Source of the DNA: Candidatus Latescibacterota bacterium
GTDB taxonomy: Bacteria > Latescibacterota > UBA2968 > UBA8231
Assembly: GCA_965208105.1 (NCBI GenBank)
Contig: OZ242318.1
Coordinates: forward strand, 4,000,001 to 4,064,000
Direction of reading: 5' to 3'
Length of the DNA stretch: 64,000 nucleotides
How positions within the stretch are numbered: the first letter of the stretch is position 1; each line of letters starts with the position of its first letter. Below are positions 58,231 to 64,000 of this stretch, one piece after another. The notes under the pieces were generated by a model. It ran no database searches, was not told where the DNA came from, and saw only the letters and a program-made list of their open reading frames with translations. The translations under genes and the position numbers were made by a program.

Positions 58231-61200
58231 TTACGCGGTACCGGCGCCGGAACGGCGCCGCGAAGCAATCAGACGCAGATGGATGGTGTAAAGCGCGGGA
58301 ACGACCATCATAAGTATAGCCGTGGTAATGAGAATGCCGCAACCGAGCGAGGCGGCGAAGGGGATCAGGAACTGGGCCTGGATGGCGCGTTCCAGAATAA
58401 GGGGCGTGAAGCCGAGGAACGTGGTCAGGGAAGTGAGCATGATCGGACGAAAGCGCCCCTTGGCGCCCTCCACGATCGCCTTCCTTGCCGAGGCGCCTTC
58501 CCCGATTTTCTGATCGATGAAATCGATCATGACCAGGGAATCGTTCACGACCACCCCACTCAGGCCGAAGATACCCATGAAGGATACGGCACTCAGGGCT
58601 ACTCCCAGGACCCAGTGACCCAGGATCACTCCGATGAACCCGAAGGGGATGACGGCCATGATGATGAACGGCTTGGTATAGGATCGGAGGGGGATGGCCA
58701 GAAGGGCAAAGATCATGATCAGGGCAATCGCGAACCCGCGGTACAGCGCATCCAGGGATTCGAGCTGCTGCTGTTGTTCCCCTCCGAAGCTGTATGTCAG
58801 GTCCGGGTGCAGGGCGGTCAGATCCGCGAGGATCGAATTGGCCAGGATGTCGTTGGCTGCGTCGCCTGAAATCACCGAAGCATCCACGTCCGCAGTGACC
58901 GTGACGACGCGCTGGCCGTCCTTGCGTCGAATGGCCGGCGGCGACACTCCCGGGTTCAGGGAGGCCACACTCATGACCGGGACCTCGGCCCCGCCCGGCG
59001 TGCGGACCAGATAGCTTTCGACATCGGTGATCGAATCCCGCTCGTCTTCGGGCAGGCGCACGTAGACCCGGACCTCTTCCCGGCCGCGCTGCACCCGAAC
59101 GGCCTCTGCGCCGAAGAACGCCGCCCGCGCCTGCCCCGCCAGCTCCTCGAGCGTCAGGCCGAGGGTTCGCGCTTCCGGCCGCAGCTCCAGTTGCACCTCC
59201 GGGATGCCCGGGGCGTGGTCCGAACGTATGTCGTAGACGCCTCCCACCCCGCGGAGTCCATCGACCACGGAGTCTGCAATCCGGGCAAGGCGCTCCGGGT
59301 CCGGATGCGACAACACGGCCTCCACCGGGTTGCCCAGGTCGAAGACCTCGCCGCTGAATGTGATGCCGCGTACGTAGGGCAGCACGCCCACTTCCTCCCG
59401 CCATGCCTGCACGACCTCTCCGGTGGAGATTTCTCTCTGTTGGGCGCCCAGAAGTTTGAACTCGATGGTGGCGATGTTGGCTTGCGGATTGAGGGTCGGC
59501 TCCGGATTGAGCCCGCCCTCGAGTCTCGATCCCTGTCCGACGGTCACCGTTACGCCGGTCAGCAGCGGTGGCGCGTCCCCGGGCCGGCCGCGCGAGAGTC
59601 GTTCGATGACCCGGTGGCCTGCGGCCTCCAGTTCCTGCGCCACCTCGTACGTCCTCGGAGCGGTCGCCCCGTCGGGCATCTCCAGGACGACCGTCGCGAT
59701 ATCCCCCTCCACGTCAGCGGCCAGCGTGGTAGGAACGATCCCCGCGGGCAACAGGGAGATGCTCAGCACGAGCATTCCCACGGCCGCCGCCATGGTCACC
59801 CCGGGCTGGTCGGTGGCGAACCGCAGGGCGCGGTCCAGAGGCCCTTGCACGAACCTGTTCAGCAGCGCGTCAACGCGCCCCTGGAGCCGCGCGAAGAACC
59901 GGTCGAAGGCATTGGCCGGCACCCACTCCGGGCCGTGCAGGTGGGAAAGGTGGTTGGGCAGCACCAGCAGCGATTCGACCAGGGAAACCAGCAGCATGGC
60001 GATCATGATGATCGGCAGGGCCCGCCATACGTCACCGACGCCACCCGGGATGAACAGCAACGGGACGAAGGCCACTACCGACGTGAGGACTGCGAACGTC
60101 AACGGCACCTTGATCCGCCGCACGCCGCGGATCGCGGCCGTGACCCCTGGTGTTCCCCGCTTGCGTTCGTATCGAATGTGCTCGGCCACGACGATGGCGT
60201 CGTCGACGACGATCCCTATGGCGAGGACGAAGGAGAACAGGCTGATGGTGTTGATCGCCACGTCGAATGCCATCATGATGGCGAGGGCGCCGATACCCGA
60301 AACGGCGAGGCCCACGGCGACCCAGAGCGCGAGTCTTATTTCAAGGAACAGGCTGAGTGCGATCAGCACCAGCAACAGGCCCAGGATCCCGTTCTTGAGG
60401 AGAAGATCGGCGCGTTCCTCATAGACCTGGGATTCGTCGTTCCACATGGTGACGCCCACGCCGTCCGGCAGGGCCGGGATCACCTCCTCCGCCAGGTGCT
60501 CGCGGACGGTGGTGGCCACGTCCATCACCTGCTCGCCTTCGGCCCGGTAGACCTCGACGAAGACGGCGGGATGGTTCTGATGCCGGACGATCAGGTCGGC
60601 TTCCTGGAAACCGTCGCGGACCTCGGCGATATCTCCAAGGCGCAGGACCGTGCCGTCACGGCCGCTGAGAAGGACGATCTCCTCGAAGTCCTGCTGGTCG
60701 TAGTTCTGGCCGAGGGTGCGGACCCTCACCTGGGATTCCCGGGTATCGATGCTGCCAGCGGACAGTTCCAGGGAACTCCGGCGAATCGTGTGGGCGATGT
60801 CGGTGAGCGTGAGTCCGAGGGCTCTCAGCCGGTGCAGGGGAACCTCGATGGAGATCTCGTATCTCCGGACACCGCTGACCTCGACCTGGGAGACGGAGGG
60901 AAGCGTGGTGAGGTCGTCCTCGATCTGGTAGGCCAGTTCCTTCAGCGCGCGCTCGGAGACGTCGCCGTAAACGATGAGCCGCATCATGCTCTGGCGGTTG
61001 GTCATCTCCCGGAACCGCGGACGTTCGGCGCCGGCCGGGAAGAACTGTATGCGATTGACAGCAGATTCGATATCATCCAGCGCCCGTGCCATGTCCGTAT
61101 CGAAATCCATTTGAACCCGCACGGAGGCCATGCCCGGGGCTGCTACGGACTTGACAGCCTTCACGTCATCCAGCCCGCTGACCTGGTCCTCGATCTTGAC

Positions 61201-61425
61201 GACGATCGACTCCTCGATCTCCTCCGGTGTGGCGCCGGGATAGGCCATCGAGACTTCGATATGGTAGAAAGGGGTGGTGGGCCAGGCTTCCCGCTCGATA
61301 CTGGTCAGCGACACCAGCCCTGCGGCGATGATGGCCCACATCAGCAGATTGGCGGCTACGCCATTCCCTGCCATGTAGGCGATGGGGCCGGCTGGTTCGC
61401 TGTGATTGCCGTTGTCTGTACTCAT
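58231..61425 (-). CDS. RND-family efflux permease (AcrB/AcrD/AcrF-like)
   Basis: YPGATPEEIEESIV, GIVVDDAIVVAE, GVVVNDSLV, RFRPIMLTSLTT. Confidence 0.95.
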   Translation of the reverse strand: MSTDNGNHSEPAGPIAYMAGNGVAANLLMWAIIAAGLVSLTSIEREAWPTTPFYHIEVSMAYPGATPEEIEESIVVKIEDQVSGLDDVKAVKSVAAPGMASVRVQMDFDTDMARALDDIESAVNRIQFFPAGAERPRFREMTNRQSMMRLIVYGDVSERALKELAYQIEDDLTTLPSVSQVEVSGVRRYEISIEVPLHRLRALGLTLTDIAHTIRRSSLELSAGSIDTRESQVRVRTLGQNYDQQDFEEIVLLSGRDGTVLRLGDIAEVRDGFQEADLIVRHQNHPAVFVEVYRAEGEQVMDVATTVREHLAEEVIPALPDGVGVTMWNDESQVYEERADLLLKNGILGLLLVLIALSLFLEIRLALWVAVGLAVSGIGALAIMMAFDVAINTISLFSFVLAIGIVVDDAIVVAEHIRYERKRGTPGVTAAIRGVRRIKVPLTFAVLTSVVAFVPLLFIPGGVGDVWRALPIIMIAMLLVSLVESLLVLPNHLSHLHGPEWVPANAFDRFFARLQGRVDALLNRFVQGPLDRALRFATDQPGVTMAAAVGMLVLSISLLPAGIVPTTLAADVEGDIATVVLEMPDGATAPRTYEVAQELEAAGHRVIERLSRGRPGDAPPLLTGVTVTVGQGSRLEGGLNPEPTLNPQANIATIEFKLLGAQQREISTGEVVQAWREEVGVLPYVRGITFSGEVFDLGNPVEAVLSHPDPERLARIADSVVDGLRGVGGVYDIRSDHAPGIPEVQLELRPEARTLGLTLEELAGQARAAFFGAEAVRVQRGREEVRVYVRLPEDERDSITDVESYLVRTPGGAEVPVMSVASLNPGVSPPAIRRKDGQRVVTVTADVDASVISGDAANDILANSILADLTALHPDLTYSFGGEQQQQLESLDALYRGFAIALIMIFALLAIPLRSYTKPFIIMAVIPFGFIGVILGHWVLGVALSAVSFMGIFGLSGVVVNDSLVMIDFIDQKIGEGASARKAIVEGAKGRFRPIMLTSLTTFLGFTPLILERAIQAQFLIPFAASLGCGILITTAILMMVVPALYTIHLRLIASRRRSGAGTA

Positions 61426-62636
61426 GGTGTGGAGTCGATTTCTGTCTGGACCCGCATGCCTTCGGTGGCAAACAGGATCCCACCGGTGATCACCGCCCCG
61501 CCGCTTTCGAGATTACCGGTCACGATTACCCGATCGTCGGCGCGCTGCAGCACCCGTACCGGAACGATACTCACCGCCCCGGCTTCATCCACCAGCCATA
61601 CCACGTTCCCCGGGCGCAATGCTGCTCGAGGCACCTTGAAGTAGCTGTCCAGTGCAACGCCTTCGATCTCCACCTCCACGAAGGCGCCCACCAGCAACGG
61701 CGGGATGCCGCCGGAGCCACCGGAACGGGCCGCCGGGCCGCTAGCGGAAAACGGGTTCGGAACGCGCACGATCACGTCGATGGTGCGGGTTTGCTGGTCG
61801 AGGGATGCCTCGGCCCGGTCGACGTAGCCATCCCGGGCATGACTCCCGCCGCCGTATCGGGTGACCACCCGGGCTGCCACGCGCCGGTCCCCATCGCCGG
61901 GCTTGAGTTCCCAAAGCCCCGGGATCAGGTCGGCGTCGGCATCGGACAAGGGCACGACCACTTCGACGGCATCCGCGGCGAAAAGTTTCCCGACCGGCTG
62001 GCCGGAGGTGACGATTCGTCCCACTTCGGCGGATTCTTCGCGCACGAAGCCGGCGAAGGGGACGGTTACCCTGGTTCTGTGAAGGGCGAGATTGGCCTCG
62101 GCGAGGCGGGCTTCTTCGCGCTTCAGCGCGGCACGGGCGGCCTTTAACTGGGGCTCCCTCAGCGTGAGGGGACTGGCTGGTGGCGGAGAATCCCCACCCT
62201 CATGCCGCTGGGAGTAGAGCTCGTACTGATCGCGGGCGATGGCCGCTCGTTCCTCCTCTTCGAGCAGGGCCACACGTCGTGCGGCGAGATTGGCCTCGGC
62301 CTCCATCACCCGGTAGCGATAGTCCGCCTCTTCGATGCGAAAAACCGCCTGGCCCGCCTCCACCCGGCCGCCGCTCTGGAATCCCGGATCCACCCAGACG
62401 ATTTTGCCGCCCACTTGCGGTGCGACATCGATCTCGGCGCCTGGCCTTACGGTTCCGGCCCCGGATACGGGTATGGGGCCGGAACCGGCGCTGACCAGAC
62501 CGGTCTGCGCGAACGGCGTTTGGGGCGGCGGATCGGTGCGGGCCGGCTCGGGGGCCAGCGAGACCAGAAAAGCCGCCAGGGCCGCGGAGACCACGATAAT
62601 GGCGCCGGCTAAAATAAAGCTGAGAATGCGGGACAT
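61422..62636 (-). CDS. RND periplasmic adaptor (MFP) subunit
   Basis: N-terminal TM, VAPQVGGKIV, VPFAGFV lipoyl motifs, LDQQTRT, VPRAAL. Stop overlaps the permease start. Confidence 0.93.
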   Translation of the reverse strand: MSRILSFILAGAIIVVSAALAAFLVSLAPEPARTDPPPQTPFAQTGLVSAGSGPIPVSGAGTVRPGAEIDVAPQVGGKIVWVDPGFQSGGRVEAGQAVFRIEEADYRYRVMEAEANLAARRVALLEEEERAAIARDQYELYSQRHEGGDSPPPASPLTLREPQLKAARAALKREEARLAEANLALHRTRVTVPFAGFVREESAEVGRIVTSGQPVGKLFAADAVEVVVPLSDADADLIPGLWELKPGDGDRRVAARVVTRYGGGSHARDGYVDRAEASLDQQTRTIDVIVRVPNPFSASGPAARSGGSGGIPPLLVGAFVEVEIEGVALDSYFKVPRAALRPGNVVWLVDEAGAVSIVPVRVLQRADDRVIVTGNLESGGAVITGGILFATEGMRVQTEIDSTP

Positions 62637-62642
62637 GGCGAT

Positions 62643-64000
62643 TTACTCCGTGGAGGTCGGAAGAAACTGGGTGGGGGCGGCGTTGTCCTGCCGGACGGAC
62701 CTTCTGTCGTGGGCCGTCCACGAGCCTCCCAGGGCCCGGTGCAGTGCAAGGCGGGCGAAACCCAGGTCGCGGTTTGCCGCCGCCTGCACCGATTGCGCGA
62801 TCAGGAAGGATTGCGAGGCTTCGAGGAAAGCCTCGTAATCCCCCACTCCCGCAGCATAGCGAAGCTCCTGAAGGTCGGATTCAGCTTTGGCTTCCCGCGC
62901 GATTGAAGCCAGCAGGGAATGACGGCGCCGGCTGGCCTCCAGTCCTGTGAGAGCGGTCTCAACCTCGTTGACCGCGGTCACCACCGAACGTCCGAAGGCC
63001 GCCGCCGTTTCGTTCAGCCTGGCTTCTGCGAGTGCCACGTTGCCGCGCAGCCGCCCACCCTGGAATACCGGCCCGAGCAGGTTCATGCTGAGGTTTCGGA
63101 ACCACTGATCCGGGTCGAACCACTCGCCCGAGTCGGTGCTCTGGAGGCCAATGGAACCTTGCAGGGACAATCTTGGGAGCAGATCCGCGCGGCGGGCGCC
63201 AACGGTGAATCTGGCAGCTGTCACCCGCTGCCATGCCGCGCCGACGTCGGGCCGCTGCACCAGGAGATCGGCCGGGATACCAGTGGGGACAGGCTGGAGA
63301 ACGGAAGATGCAGCCAGGGAACTGGGAAGCGAATCTGCGATGTGTTGGCGGTGACCTCCCATAAGCACCCAGAGCCGCCCTTCGGCATCCGCCCGCAGAG
63401 ATTCGACCTGCGGCAGCCTGGCCTGGGCGTCGCGCAGGCCCCGGCGCGCCAGACGCAGACCGCGCGCATCGATGAGCCCGCGATCGTAGCGAGATTCGGC
63501 CAGCGACTCCAGCTGTTGAAAGATCTCCACGATTTTCTCTGCGAGTCTCTGTTGATGGCGCAGGCTTACGATCTCCAGGTAAGTCCGCACGGTTTCGGCC
63601 ATCACCCCCATTCGGGCATTCAGGTAGTCCCACTCCGAGGCCAGCCGTGCCGCTCCAGCCGCGGCGGCGTCGTTGCGATTGCGGCCCCAGAAGTCGAGTT
63701 CGTAGGCGAATTCCACGTCGGCGTTGTAGGCAGTCAGGCCGAGCCGGTCGGGAAGAACGATGCCGGATGCGCTTTCGGAGTCCGAACCCAACCCCAATTC
63801 GTCCAGTTGCGCTCCGATTCCTGCATTCGTTGGCGCATTGAAGTCGTTGACGCCGACAGTCGACTGAATCGACGGAAACGCCGGAGCTTTGGCGATGCGT
63901 TCCCTCGCCCTGGCCTGATTGACCCGGGCGACCGCCTCGTCCAGGTCGAAGTTCGAAAATATCACCTCCTCGATTACCTGGTCGAGGACTGGGTCGGCGA
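62643..64000 (-). CDS. TolC/NodT-family outer membrane efflux factor (5' end beyond the window)
   Basis: NFDL..AVARV, YELDFWGR, PADLLVQRPDV, LHRALGGSW. Confidence 0.93.
   Translation of the reverse strand, partial: ADPVLDQVIEEVIFSNFDLDEAVARVNQARARERIAKAPAFPSIQSTVGVNDFNAPTNAGIGAQLDELGLGSDSESASGIVLPDRLGLTAYNADVEFAYELDFWGRNRNDAAAAGAARLASEWDYLNARMGVMAETVRTYLEIVSLRHQQRLAEKIVEIFQQLESLAESRYDRGLIDARGLRLARRGLRDAQARLPQVESLRADAEGRLWVLMGGHRQHIADSLPSSLAASSVLQPVPTGIPADLLVQRPDVGAAWQRVTAARFTVGARRADLLPRLSLQGSIGLQSTDSGEWFDPDQWFRNLSMNLLGPVFQGGRLRGNVALAEARLNETAAAFGRSVVTAVNEVETALTGLEASRRRHSLLASIAREAKAESDLQELRYAAGVGDYEAFLEASQSFLIAQSVQAAANRDLGFARLALHRALGGSWTAHDRRSVRQDNAAPTQFLPTSTE

Noticed and set aside
1-64000. 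CRISPR array, cas genes, rRNA, phage structural genes, integrase
   Set aside because: No regularly spaced direct repeats or recognisable proteins of these kinds seen.

Overview
GC-rich bacterial chromosome segment. Lineage clues point to a Ca. Latescibacterota-like (FCB-affiliated) organism, but this is inference: DUF6785-like membrane proteins, a T9SS/FlgD-type C-terminal domain, a C-terminal 'SWGRIK' motif, dockerin-like DFNDDG repeats, and paralogous PhyH and sulfatase genes. (1) 1-30.6 kb is an accessory mosaic. It holds a 5'-truncated IS110 with a 3' bridge-RNA-like region inserted into the terminal inverted repeat of a ~165-bp MITE, many catabolic enzymes, several gene remnants, a homocysteine-methyltransferase/SAM-methyltransferase fusion, and a secreted protein behind a c-di-GMP-I riboswitch. 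(2) 30.6-38.6 kb is core: tRNA-Met, a second MITE copy, M16 peptidase, comF, pfk-pgk-tpiA-secG and tRNA-Leu. (3) 38.6-49.2 kb has an AT-rich remnant patch, a kinase-regulator fusion and miscellaneous genes. (4) 49.4-53.9 kb is a leader-peptide-preceded ilvC-leuA-leuC operon with no leuD/leuB in the window. (5) 53.9-64 kb is the most striking locus, a putative sterol-tailoring and export cluster: a Neverland/KshA-like Rieske oxygenase convergent with an operon of TolC, MFP, RND permease, a GPP34(GOLPH3)-cytochrome P450 fusion and an ERG6/SMT-like sterol C-24 methyltransferase.
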